Of a stretch of DNA of 60,544 bases, positions 48,034 to 57,502 are shown one piece after another. The translations under genes and the position numbers were made by a program. Source of the stretch: Methanobacteriota archaeon (lineage in GTDB: Archaea > Methanobacteriota_B > Thermococci > Methanofastidiosales > Methanofastidiosaceae); assembly GCA_023622545.1 (NCBI GenBank), contig JAMNZA010000122.1, positions 1 through 60,544 on the forward strand, given 5' to 3'. Below the pieces are notes generated by a model, which was given only the letters and a program-made list of their open reading frames with translations, had not been told where the DNA came from and did no database searches. The stretch's first letter is position 1. Each line of letters begins with the position of its first letter.

Positions 48034-48678
48034 ATGAAAATTTGTGTTATTACTGATATTCATGGACATAAAAGTTCTCTAAAAAAATTATTTGATTATA
48101 TCAATATTAAAGAGTTCAATCTTTTACTTTGCTGTGGGGACATCACTTCTTTTGGAGGAAAGCGAGAAGCTAAAGAAGTATTGGATTTAATTCCGCATAT
48201 TCAATTCTACACCTTATTTGGAAATTGTGACACATCGGAAGTGAAAGATTATATCGGCTCGAATAATATTTCGATTCATGAAAGAGAGGTTAAAATTCAA
48301 AATTATACGTTGGGTGGTTTTGGAGGGGCTAATATTTCTCCTTTTGGTACTCCTTCTGAATACTCAGAAGAACAGTTAATTGCGGGACTTTCAAAATTGT
48401 CTTACAAAAATATGATTCTAGTTACTCATGCCCCCCCATATGGAACTAAATTAGATAGAATTGGGAATGGCAAACATATAGGTAGCACATCAGTTAGAGA
48501 TATTATTGAAAGAAAACAGCCGCTTGTTGCTCTTTCTGGTCATGTCCATGAATCTAGATCCATAGATGTTATAGGAGTTACTAAATTATTGAATCCAGGT
48601 GCTTTAAAAGATGGTTATTTTGGGATAGTTGAATTAGTTAATAATCAAGTAAAAGTAGAATTAAAAGAATTAGATTGA
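48034..48678 (+). CDS. Calcineurin-like metallophosphoesterase
   Basis: 214 aa. Motifs: ITDIHG, CGDITSFG, GNCD, THAPP, GHVHES. Confidence 0.8.
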   Translation: MKICVITDIHGHKSSLKKLFDYINIKEFNLLLCCGDITSFGGKREAKEVLDLIPHIQFYTLFGNCDTSEVKDYIGSNNISIHEREVKIQNYTLGGFGGANISPFGTPSEYSEEQLIAGLSKLSYKNMILVTHAPPYGTKLDRIGNGKHIGSTSVRDIIERKQPLVALSGHVHESRSIDVIGVTKLLNPGALKDGYFGIVELVNNQVKVELKELD

Positions 48679-48712
48679 ATATATTTAAATATAAGTAAAA
48701 TAAATTACTTAC

Positions 48713-49135
48713 ATGATTTACCAGATTCTTATTGGAATTGTTATTTTAATAGCTGTTCTCTTAGTAATCTACTTCTTTTTCCCTTTAGGTCAAAAAGGCA
48801 TACCCAAAGAGCCGGCAAAAAGGCCAACACAAAAGTCGACACCTAAATCCGCTCCATATTACTCCGAAGGTGAAGTAATAGTAGATGATGAACTTTATGG
48901 AATGAAAATGATTTGGGATGCTTATGAAGATAGAGTTGAAAATTTTATTAAATACCTTGAAACATCCGCTTCTGTTAAAGATCCCAAGATAATAAGTACT
49001 TTCCAAGATTTAGAAGGAGAATATGTAAAAGTGAAAGAAAGACTTAGACCATTCTTAAGAGATCATATGATGAAAAGAATGGATGAGAGAATTTTACATG
49101 CGAGAGACCTTATCAATAAAAAATTTAGGTACTAA
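48713..49135 (+). CDS. Hypothetical N-terminally anchored protein
   Basis: 140 aa. One N-terminal TM, a Pro/Lys-rich linker, then a helical domain. No recognisable family. Confidence 0.4.
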   Translation: MIYQILIGIVILIAVLLVIYFFFPLGQKGIPKEPAKRPTQKSTPKSAPYYSEGEVIVDDELYGMKMIWDAYEDRVENFIKYLETSASVKDPKIISTFQDLEGEYVKVKERLRPFLRDHMMKRMDERILHARDLINKKFRY

Positions 49136-49188
49136 TTTATTTATAAAATAACATAAGGTTTTAATATTTATAATAAATAAATTATTCA

Positions 49189-50115
49189 ATGATTGGAGTA
49201 CCTTTAATAATAATTATTTTTTCAATACTGATTGGTATTTATTTTCCTTCTTATGGAAAAGACCTCTCACCAATAGTACCATTTTTGCAAGGGGCCTTGA
49301 TATTTCTTTCAGTAATAAAGGTCGATTTCAAAGAATATAAGAAGTGTAAACTATTTATCAAACCACTCTCATTGGGCCTTATCACGGGGTATATATTTAT
49401 CCCAATATTGTTTTTCTTAATAGGTTATTTACTCCTCCAATTGGATATAATTAATCTGCCTTTGTTCGTTGGAATTATAATAACAAGTGTTGTGCCACAA
49501 GCTGCAGGGTCCTCTTTGGTATGGGCAAAAGAACTAGGGGGAAAAATCGAAATAGCTTTACTTTTAGTGATAACTACAATTTTAGTATCACCTTTTATAG
49601 CACCATTGTATATCTTTCTAATCTTAAAAAATGAAGTCAATTTTGATGCCTTATCGATGTTTATACAAATGGGATTGATTATATTCATTCCAGTGGCGAT
49701 ATCATTTTCAGTAAAGAAAAAATTATCAAGAAATTTGAATCCTTACCTATCGTTTATTATAATGGGTGGAATAATTTATATTGCTGTATCCAAAAGTGTC
49801 GAAAGACTTGATATTGTCAAAGGCTATCTAATTATCTCAATAATTTTGTCCCTCATATTAATTCTTCTAACTCTGCTGTTTCTAATTTTTACTTCAAGGA
49901 AATTAAAATTAAGGGAAGATGAGAAAGAAGCCATTTTCATTCCCTCTTTTTTTAAGAATATTAGTATTGCAATAATAATTGTGTCTTTCTTTAGCCCTGA
50001 AGTTGTTTTCTTCCCTGTAATTTATTATATTATTGAGCAGCTATTTTCCCCTCTTTATTATGAATTAAGAATTAAGACTAAAAACAAAAATAATATAAAT
50101 TTAAAGCTATTATAA
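49189..50115 (+). CDS. Bile acid:Na+ symporter (BASS)/Acr3-like transporter
   Basis: 308 aa, about 9-10 TM. The pattern around VVPQAAGSSLVWAKELGG resembles the BASS fold. Assignment is tentative. Confidence 0.45.
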   Translation: MIGVPLIIIIFSILIGIYFPSYGKDLSPIVPFLQGALIFLSVIKVDFKEYKKCKLFIKPLSLGLITGYIFIPILFFLIGYLLLQLDIINLPLFVGIIITSVVPQAAGSSLVWAKELGGKIEIALLLVITTILVSPFIAPLYIFLILKNEVNFDALSMFIQMGLIIFIPVAISFSVKKKLSRNLNPYLSFIIMGGIIYIAVSKSVERLDIVKGYLIISIILSLILILLTLLFLIFTSRKLKLREDEKEAIFIPSFFKNISIAIIIVSFFSPEVVFFPVIYYIIEQLFSPLYYELRIKTKNKNNINLKLL

Positions 50116-50128
50116 TACAAGGATTGAA

Positions 50129-50602
50129 ATGACAACGAAAAGAAAATCTTGGAACGAAAAATTACACAATTCCAAAGATCTGCCTAAAGTTGAGCCAATA
50201 ACAGGTAATATGTCTAGAAGATGGGGTGAAGGCACTGTTGTAATACCTGCCCCTATTGAAGTTGATGAAATAATGAATAATGTTCCTCTAGGCAAACTTA
50301 TAACAATTGATCAAATTAGAAAAAAACTTGCTCTGAAGCATAAAGCTACTATAGGCTGTCCCTTGACTACAGGTATTTTTGCTTGGATAAGTGCTCATGC
50401 TGCAAATGAGGCTGCTTTAGAAGGAGAAACTAAAGTAACACCGTACTGGAGAACATTGAAAACAGGTGGGGTAGTAAATGAAAAATATCCTGGCGGAGTT
50501 AATTACCAAAAACAACTTCTTGAAAAAGAAGGGCATCAAGTAATACAAAAAGGCAATAAATTCATAGTCAAAGATTATGAAAAAAGTCTAATTGAAATCT
50601 GA
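50129..50602 (+). CDS. MGMT-family DNA-binding protein lacking the acceptor Cys (alkyltransferase-like)
   Basis: 157 aa. VPLGKLITIDQIRKKLA...GCPLTTGIFAW....PYWRTLKTGG: the PCHR acceptor motif is replaced by PYWR. Confidence 0.5.
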   Translation: MTTKRKSWNEKLHNSKDLPKVEPITGNMSRRWGEGTVVIPAPIEVDEIMNNVPLGKLITIDQIRKKLALKHKATIGCPLTTGIFAWISAHAANEAALEGETKVTPYWRTLKTGGVVNEKYPGGVNYQKQLLEKEGHQVIQKGNKFIVKDYEKSLIEI

Positions 50603-50668
50603 TTAATATTTTTATAGTAGTCAAAAGCTTTTTAAAAATGTATAATTATTGTATCTTAAGGAGATTTT

Positions 50669-51211
50669 TTGATAGAGATTAGATTTCATGGCAGAGGTGG
50701 ACAGGGAGCTGTTGTTGCATCAAATATGCTAGCTGATGCTGCTTTTAGAGAAGGAAAGCATGTTCAGGCTTTTCCATTCTTTGGTGTTGAAAGAAGAGGA
50801 GCACCTGTTAGCTCCTTCACTAGAATTAACGATACCCCTATCAAGATAAGAAGCCAAGTATACACTCCTGATTATGTTATAGTTCTTGATTCAACTCTAA
50901 TTGACATTACAGATGTTACTAGCGGCCTTAAAAAAAATGGGATCATAATAATAAATACTGACAAGAAGCCAAGTGATTTTAATCTTTCATTTAAAGTTGC
51001 AACTATAGATGCCACCTCAATAGCATTAGATAATAAGTTGGGATCAAAGATGGCGCCTATAGTAAATACATCAATCCTAGGGGCTTTTGCCAAAGTTTCT
51101 GGAATAGTATCTCTTGAATCAATAATACTGGCCATAAAGGAAAGTGACATTTCTAAAAAAGAAGACAATATAAAAGCTGCTGAAATGGCCTATCAAAAAA
51201 CAGTTATGTAA
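50669..51211 (+). CDS. porC: Pyruvate (2-oxoacid):ferredoxin oxidoreductase gamma subunit
   Basis: 180 aa. TTG start with an [20 protein letters not shown] motif. Confidence 0.9.
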
Positions 51212-51218
51212 TGATTTT

Positions 51219-51506
51219 ATGAAAAATAATCAAAAGTATTCATCTGTTGAAGACCTTCCTGAAGCATCTGTGGCTAGTGTTTCCACAGTATACATAAAGA
51301 CGGGAAGTTGGAGAGTCTATAGGCCAGAGATAGATAAAGAGAAATGCATAAAATGTTTTATCTGCTGGAGATGCTGTCCTGACATTTCTATTGGTATAGA
51401 TGAAGAAGGATATCCTAAAATAAATTATGATTACTGCAAAGGCTGTGGGATATGCTCTCATGAATGCCCTAATGAAGCCATTAAAATGAAAAGAGAGGGG
51501 AAATAA
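51219..51506 (+). CDS. porD: Pyruvate:ferredoxin oxidoreductase delta subunit (2x[4Fe-4S])
   Basis: 95 aa. CIKCFICWRCCP and CKGCGICSHECP. Confidence 0.9.
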   Translation: MKNNQKYSSVEDLPEASVASVSTVYIKTGSWRVYRPEIDKEKCIKCFICWRCCPDISIGIDEEGYPKINYDYCKGCGICSHECPNEAIKMKREGK

Positions 51507-52684
51507 TGGTAAAAAAGATAATGACTGGAAACCTTGCTGCTGCATGGGGTGCAAAGATCTCTAGGGCAGAGGTGATAGCAGCTTATCCAATAACTCCCCA
51601 AACTATTATTGTTGAAAAGCTTGCAAAGTTTATTAGTGATGGTGAACTAAATGCCGAATACCTTAGGGTTGAATCAGAACATTCTGCTATGGCTGCATGT
51701 ATAGCCACGTCCCAGACCGGAGCAAGAACTTTCACTGCTACATCTTCTCAAGGTCTTGCATTAATGCATGAGATGCTTCATTGGGCTAGTGGTGCGAGAA
51801 CCCCTATTGTCATGGCTAATGTAAACAGAGCCTTAGCGCCTCCTTGGAATATATGGGCTGACCATACTGACATGATGTCTCAAAGAGATACAGGGTGGAT
51901 TCAGTTTTATGCAGAAAGTAATCAGGAAGTATTGGACACAATAATAAATTGTTACAAATTATGCGAAGACAGAGCTATACAGCTCCCTGCTATGGTTGGT
52001 CTCGATGCATTTTATTTGTCACATACATCAGAGATCGTTGATATCCCAGATCAAGATATTGCTGATAAATTCTTACCGCCTTACAAAGCATTCTATCCTC
52101 TTGACGTAGAACATCCTTTAAGTGTTGGTTCACTAGCTATGCCTCATCAGTGGTACTCTGAATTCCGATATAAAATCTACAAATCAATGGAGAAAGTAAT
52201 TCCAAAATTGAATAAAATTGAGAAAGAATTTAATAAAGAATTTGGTAGGAATTATACTGGGTCATTGGACTTATATCAAGTTGAAGATGCAGAGATTATC
52301 TTAGTAGCAGTTGGAACTGTTGCTGGAACTGTGAAAGATACTGTTGATTATTTAAGATCTAAAGGATTAAAAGTTGGTGTTATTAGACTCAGACTTTTTA
52401 GACCATTCCCGAGTGAAGAATTAATAAAAGCTTTAAAGAACGCTTCTTTCGTGGGTGTATTGGATCGTTCTTTTTCTTTTGGCAATGAAGGACAAATCTT
52501 CTCAGAGCTAAAAGCTTCTCTTTATCAAACTAATCGTGATCCTCTAATTAAAGACTTTATAGTCGGAATTGGTGGCAGAGATATAACTACGGATACTGTA
52601 AAAAAGATATATGAGAACTGTCAAAAATGTCTTAAAAATAAAAAAATAGATCAAGAAATAGAATGGACCAATATTAAGGTGTAA
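51506..52684 (+). CDS. porA: Pyruvate:ferredoxin oxidoreductase alpha subunit
   Basis: 392 aa. GN.AAAWGA..... YPITPQT motif. The gamma-delta-alpha-beta gene order is typical of POR. Confidence 0.9.
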   Translation: MVKKIMTGNLAAAWGAKISRAEVIAAYPITPQTIIVEKLAKFISDGELNAEYLRVESEHSAMAACIATSQTGARTFTATSSQGLALMHEMLHWASGARTPIVMANVNRALAPPWNIWADHTDMMSQRDTGWIQFYAESNQEVLDTIINCYKLCEDRAIQLPAMVGLDAFYLSHTSEIVDIPDQDIADKFLPPYKAFYPLDVEHPLSVGSLAMPHQWYSEFRYKIYKSMEKVIPKLNKIEKEFNKEFGRNYTGSLDLYQVEDAEIILVAVGTVAGTVKDTVDYLRSKGLKVGVIRLRLFRPFPSEELIKALKNASFVGVLDRSFSFGNEGQIFSELKASLYQTNRDPLIKDFIVGIGGRDITTDTVKKIYENCQKCLKNKKIDQEIEWTNIKV

Positions 52685-52686
52685 CT

Positions 52687-53583
52687 ATGAATAGAGCAGG
52701 TATCCCAATTGAAGAATATGTTTGTTCAGGTCATTCAGCTTGCCCTGGCTGTGGGGCCTTATTAGTACTAAGATATGTACTGAAAGTCCTTGGGAAAAAT
52801 ACTATAGTGACTAGCCCAGCCTGCTGTTTTACTGCTATTGCAGGTATGTTCCCTGATACCTGTATGGAGGTGCCATTGTTATACAACGCTTTTGAAACTA
52901 CAGCAGCCTCTGCTTCAGGTATTGAAGCTGCTTTGAAGATAAAGGGAAAGAAAGATAACACTCATGTTGTTGCTTTTGCTGGTGATGGTGGTACTGCAGA
53001 TATTGGGCTTCAAGCAATTTCTGGCGCCTTAGAGGATGGACATAATATAATTTATGTTTGTTATGATAATGAAGCTTACATGAATACAGGGATACAGTCT
53101 TCAAGCCTTACCCCAATGGGTGCTACAACTACAACAAATCCAATTGGAAAAGAAGCTGGATGGAAGATTACACCAAAGAAAAATATGATGGACATATTAG
53201 TTGCACACAATATAAAATATGCCGCTACAGTTAATCCGTCTTATCCTATAGACTTTGTTAAGAAAGTAGAAAAGGCAAAGGCAACAAAAGGATTTTCTTA
53301 TATTCATGCTTACTCAGTCTGTCCTACAGGTTGGAGATATCAACCCGAGCTCGGTCTAGAGATGGGAAGGCTTGCTACAGAAACTGGAGCATTTCCTCTG
53401 TATGAAGTTGAAAATGGCAAATATAATATTACCTATAAGAAAAAGACAAAGAACGTTCTTGAATACTATAAGCTCCAAGGAAGATTCAGACATTTATCGG
53501 AAGATTTCATTAATGATGTTCAAGCCTATATTGATCAAGAATGGCAAAAACTCATATTAAAGGAAGAATGCAGCAAAAAATAA
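52687..53583 (+). CDS. porB: Pyruvate:ferredoxin oxidoreductase beta subunit (TPP-binding)
   Basis: 298 aa. GHSACPGCG and GDGGTADIG. Confidence 0.9.
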   Translation: MNRAGIPIEEYVCSGHSACPGCGALLVLRYVLKVLGKNTIVTSPACCFTAIAGMFPDTCMEVPLLYNAFETTAASASGIEAALKIKGKKDNTHVVAFAGDGGTADIGLQAISGALEDGHNIIYVCYDNEAYMNTGIQSSSLTPMGATTTTNPIGKEAGWKITPKKNMMDILVAHNIKYAATVNPSYPIDFVKKVEKAKATKGFSYIHAYSVCPTGWRYQPELGLEMGRLATETGAFPLYEVENGKYNITYKKKTKNVLEYYKLQGRFRHLSEDFINDVQAYIDQEWQKLILKEECSKK

Positions 53584-53630
53584 ACTATAATTTATAATAG
53601 TAATTTGTAATTTCAAGAGACTGATTTTCG

Positions 53631-54548
53631 ATGAGATTTCTACATATTAGACCATACTTAACTTCAATAATAATAACAATACTCTTTGTAGTGAGCTGGA
53701 TAGCTTTTATTTTAATCAAGTCAAACATACCAACAAATTATCTTGAGGGAAGTTCCCAAGGATATGTGCTAACTGTGACTACACTTCTTTTTTCATTCTT
53801 AGTTGGGCATTACTTTAATTCACGTTATGAGAGATATATCATGATAAGAGATTACCATATCTCTCGTCATTCAAGGTGTTTAGCACTAATTGATATAGTC
53901 CACTCATTCTCAGACAACGTAAGGCTAACTGAAAAACTATTTGAAAAATTAAGTGACATAGCCATAATAGACGAGTTATGCAGTTGGAGTGAAGGTTACA
54001 TTGAAGAGCCATACTATAGAAATCTATACTGTCTTTTGGATGATATAGAAATAATAAGTGATAAGGATCTGACAAATTATAGGATACTCTATGATAAAAT
54101 AAATGAAATAAATGATTTCACTAGGAAGCTAAACTCATTGGGCAGGGATAAATTCGGATTTTTAAGATGGCTACTTCTGGCATCCCTCGCATCAGTTATA
54201 ATACTGTTGACATTATCAATGCCCACTTCTAACTTTATTAATTTGGCACTTCTTATGTTGTTCCCTCCAATAATTTTCTTAGTAATTTACACAATAAACA
54301 GTTATCAGAACATGACATTTCACAAAGAAAGCACCTCTATGGAAATAAATGAAAAATTATTCGATGAAATCGGAAAGAAGAGATTCTACAAGAAGAACAG
54401 ACTAAGATTTGTTAGAGTAGATATCCGAAAGAACAGAGAGTTATATAGAACTGAAGATGAGCTTACAGGAAGAGATAAAGATATCTATTTGGATTATCTC
54501 GATAAAGATTTCTATGTTAATAGATCCAACAAAAGACAGTGTAATTAA
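53631..54548 (+). CDS. Hypothetical membrane protein (2 TM - helical domain - 2 TM - basic tail)
   Basis: 305 aa. The topology recalls DUF4239/bestrophin-like proteins, but I recognise no sequence motif. Confidence 0.35.
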   Translation: MRFLHIRPYLTSIIITILFVVSWIAFILIKSNIPTNYLEGSSQGYVLTVTTLLFSFLVGHYFNSRYERYIMIRDYHISRHSRCLALIDIVHSFSDNVRLTEKLFEKLSDIAIIDELCSWSEGYIEEPYYRNLYCLLDDIEIISDKDLTNYRILYDKINEINDFTRKLNSLGRDKFGFLRWLLLASLASVIILLTLSMPTSNFINLALLMLFPPIIFLVIYTINSYQNMTFHKESTSMEINEKLFDEIGKKRFYKKNRLRFVRVDIRKNRELYRTEDELTGRDKDIYLDYLDKDFYVNRSNKRQCN

Positions 54549-54871
54549 TTCCAAAATATTTTAGTTATTAGTATTATAAGTTTACGATTTTCTTTTCAAA
54601 AATGGACAATCTTCCAGTGGAAATAAAGGGGTAGTAGACAATATTATGCTAAATCTATAAGGATAATATACATTTGATAATTATGAATAATAAATAGGCA
54701 AATTTGATTAAATATTATATATTATATAAATATATATTTATTATAAACTAAATTATTAATATTATCTGTGAACTCGAATGATATTTTTAATCAAAATATA
54801 TTTAAAAACAAAATTATTCTGATATATGGGTGATTATTATTTGCAGTGTTGGTGGAAGTTTTGATGTAGAT

Positions 54872-54988
54872 ATGGCTGAAGGTCCAGAAGGTTATGTATG
54901 CACTGAATGTGGAACACAATTTAAAGGTATAGGAAAAGATCCAAAATGTCCTAAATGCTCTTCAGATAAGGTAGTAAAAATTGGCTGA
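54872..54988 (+). CDS. 38-aa zinc-ribbon protein
   Basis: Not in the track. My translation is MAEGPEGYVCTECGTQFKGIGKDPKCPKCSSDKVVKIG, with CxxC...CxxC. The stop overlaps the TTG start of the next ORF by 8 nt. Confidence 0.5.
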   Translation: MAEGPEGYVCTECGTQFKGIGKDPKCPKCSSDKVVKIG

Positions 54989-55466
54989 GAATTTATTTAT
55001 TTCTTTAGGCGAAAAAGAAATACTATTCCTTTCCCATAATGAGTACTTCTTGGGGGTAGTAAAATCTTTAGGCAAATCATTCCTATTGGAAACTGAAAAG
55101 GAAGAAATTATTCTTGGAACTGGGAACGAAGATATAATTTGCGCTTCATCCCTTGTGAATAATGAAAAATTAAAGCCCGTTATGATTTCAACGCTTTATT
55201 CGTTGAGAGAGCTCTCCTTTCCACTTATAATTCTAAATAAGGGGCATCCTGCTTCAAAGAGACTTAAACTGGTATTTGGTTTTGGGAATAGGATAATCTT
55301 GGATTCATGTATAGAAGCAGGCACACATCCAGATCAGCATCTATTGTGCTCTACGGAAGATTTATCAGGGATTACTGTAGTTGCAAAGAAAGGCGGAATA
55401 GAAATAGTTGATCCATTTAACAGAAAAATAATAATTGAAAGGAAAATATTTGAGTTAAAATTATAA
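54981..55466 (+). CDS. Hypothetical 161-aa protein
   Basis: Long ORF with a TTG start and no internal ATG until residue 77. No family recognised. Lies between the zinc ribbon and the MoaD-like gene. Confidence 0.45.
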   Translation: MAENLFISLGEKEILFLSHNEYFLGVVKSLGKSFLLETEKEEIILGTGNEDIICASSLVNNEKLKPVMISTLYSLRELSFPLIILNKGHPASKRLKLVFGFGNRIILDSCIEAGTHPDQHLLCSTEDLSGITVVAKKGGIEIVDPFNRKIIIERKIFELKL

Positions 55467-55489
55467 AATCATTTGTTATTGTTATTTTT

Positions 55490-55744
55490 ATGAAGATTCT
55501 ATATTATGGAGATCTAATAGATGTAACTTTGAAACGAGAGGAAATATTAGATATTGAATCGTTGAAGATTGGTGATCTAAAGAATCTTCTTTCAGAGAGA
55601 TATCCCAAAATTAAGGAATCATTTTTAAAGGATGAGATAAGAATTATTGTAAATGGAAGAGATTATTCCTTTACAGGCGGAGATGAAACTTTGCTTTCTA
55701 AGGGATATGAGATTGCTCTTTTTTCTCCAGTAGGGGGCGGATAG
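55490..55744 (+). CDS. MoaD/ThiS-family ubiquitin-fold protein (SAMP-like) ending in GGG
   Basis: 84 aa. The beta-grasp-length protein ends ...ALFSPVGGG. The TAG stop is followed immediately by the tgtA ATG. Confidence 0.7.
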   Translation: MKILYYGDLIDVTLKREEILDIESLKIGDLKNLLSERYPKIKESFLKDEIRIIVNGRDYSFTGGDETLLSKGYEIALFSPVGGG

Positions 55745-57502
55745 ATGTTCGAAATAAAAGCTAAAGATGGTTTAGGCAGGATAGGAAAACTAAAAATAAA
55801 CAAGAAGTCAATAGAAACTCCAACTTTAATGCCAGTTATTAATCCTAACAAGATAGTTATTGCCCCTAAAGACATGGCGGACTACGGAGCAGAGATAATA
55901 ATAACAAACTCATACATAATTTATAGAACAAATAAACTCAAAGAAACCGCTCTTGAAAAGGGCATTCACAAGATGCTTGATTTTAATGGAGTAATAGAAA
56001 CTGATTCAGGGTCTTTCCAGATGGCAGCTTATGGGGACATAGAAATAGAGAATAAAGAGATTCTTCAATTTCAAAAGGACATAGGCGTTGATATCGGAAC
56101 ATTTCTAGATATACCCACTCACCCTGATTCGTCTTACCAAAAAACTCTATCAGATCTTGAAATTACTCTTGAACGTGCTAGAGAGGCAGTTGAATTTGAC
56201 TTAAATCTTAATGGTACCGTCCAAGGTGGAACACACCTAGATCTAAGAAAAAAGTCAGCGGCGGAGATGAGTAACCTCCCTTTTACTGTTAATCCCATAG
56301 GTGGAGTTGTTCCATTAATGATGGAGTATAGATTCAGTGATTTAGTTGATGTTATACTTACCGTCAAAGGAACTCTTTCCCCTGCGAGACCAGTCCATCT
56401 ATTCGGAGCAGGGCATCCGATGCTACTTTCCTTATCTGTTCTCTTAGGATGCGATCTTTTTGATTCTGCAGCTTATGTTTTATACGCACAAGATTCTAGG
56501 TATTTAACATCTTACGGAACAAAAAAACTAAATGAAATGAAGTATCTGCCGTGCAATTGCCCAGTATGCAGAAAATATACTCCCCAGGAACTTATCAACG
56601 AAAGTGAAACAAAAAGGTTAGAACTCCTTTCATCTCATAATTTATATGCAACTTTTGAAGAACTTAAGATTATCAAAGAAGCAATCCACGAAGGAACTCT
56701 CTTTGAACTTGTAGAAACACGGATAAGAAGCCATCCAAGGTTACTTCTTGCGTATAGAAAAATAAAAGATTATTACTCTTTATTAGAAGAATACGACCCT
56801 ATTACAAAAAGGTCAGCTCTTTTTTACACAGGTGAAGAATCAAATTTCAGACCCATAGTAAGGAGAACAAAAGAAAGAACCAAAGATTTAACTTCTAAAA
56901 TATATGAGGATCACCTATTTTTTGGAAAATATCCAAAAGAACTAGAATTTACCTATCCCTTTGGGCAATGTGAAATGGAAGAAGAGAGAAAAGAGAAAGG
57001 CGATCCAGATTTAACAGATGAAAATACAATTATGGTTATTGCGGATTACCAATTTGGTATTGGTGTGGGGGAGAAATTATTCCACGATGCAGTTATTAAA
57101 AGATCTAAAACTAAAATGATAAGGTACGTGTACGATCAAAATGGAACAATGATTGCAACTTTAAGGGCGAGAGACGGATTATTTACCCCAAATATCGAGG
57201 GTTCAAAAAGATTGAAAGAGATAATTCCTTTTCCAAAGAACAGGATAGTAGTCGATGATGAAGCGGCTCCTTTTATTAAAGAAGGTGCAAATGTATTCTC
57301 AAAATTTGTTTTAGATATGGATAACACCCTTAGGGCCTATGAAGAGGTACTTATAGTTAATTCAAAAGATGATTTATTGGGAACAGGGACTTTGATGCTT
57401 TCCCCAAGAGAGATAAAAGCTTTTGAAAGAGGGATGGCTGTAAGGACAAGATGGGGAATAGATAAAAATAATTCTACCCAAGAATCCCAGATAGAAGATT
57501 AG
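55745..57502 (+). CDS. tgtA: Archaeosine tRNA-guanine transglycosylase (with C-terminal PUA domain)
   Basis: 585 aa. Motifs: GRIGKLKINKKSIETPTLMPV, ETDSGSFQ, Zn site CNCPVC...H, C-terminal PUA-like region. Confidence 0.9.
   Translation: MFEIKAKDGLGRIGKLKINKKSIETPTLMPVINPNKIVIAPKDMADYGAEIIITNSYIIYRTNKLKETALEKGIHKMLDFNGVIETDSGSFQMAAYGDIEIENKEILQFQKDIGVDIGTFLDIPTHPDSSYQKTLSDLEITLERAREAVEFDLNLNGTVQGGTHLDLRKKSAAEMSNLPFTVNPIGGVVPLMMEYRFSDLVDVILTVKGTLSPARPVHLFGAGHPMLLSLSVLLGCDLFDSAAYVLYAQDSRYLTSYGTKKLNEMKYLPCNCPVCRKYTPQELINESETKRLELLSSHNLYATFEELKIIKEAIHEGTLFELVETRIRSHPRLLLAYRKIKDYYSLLEEYDPITKRSALFYTGEESNFRPIVRRTKERTKDLTSKIYEDHLFFGKYPKELEFTYPFGQCEMEEERKEKGDPDLTDENTIMVIADYQFGIGVGEKLFHDAVIKRSKTKMIRYVYDQNGTMIATLRARDGLFTPNIEGSKRLKEIIPFPKNRIVVDDEAAPFIKEGANVFSKFVLDMDNTLRAYEEVLIVNSKDDLLGTGTLMLSPREIKAFERGMAVRTRWGIDKNNSTQESQIED

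Noticed and set aside
54981-55466. The 161-aa protein as an E2-like ubiquitin-conjugating enzyme (THPDQHLLCS versus HPN...C)
   Set aside because: The spacing between the HP motif and the Cys differs from the UBC signature, and no other UBC features are visible. This is too weak to claim without a structure or profile search.
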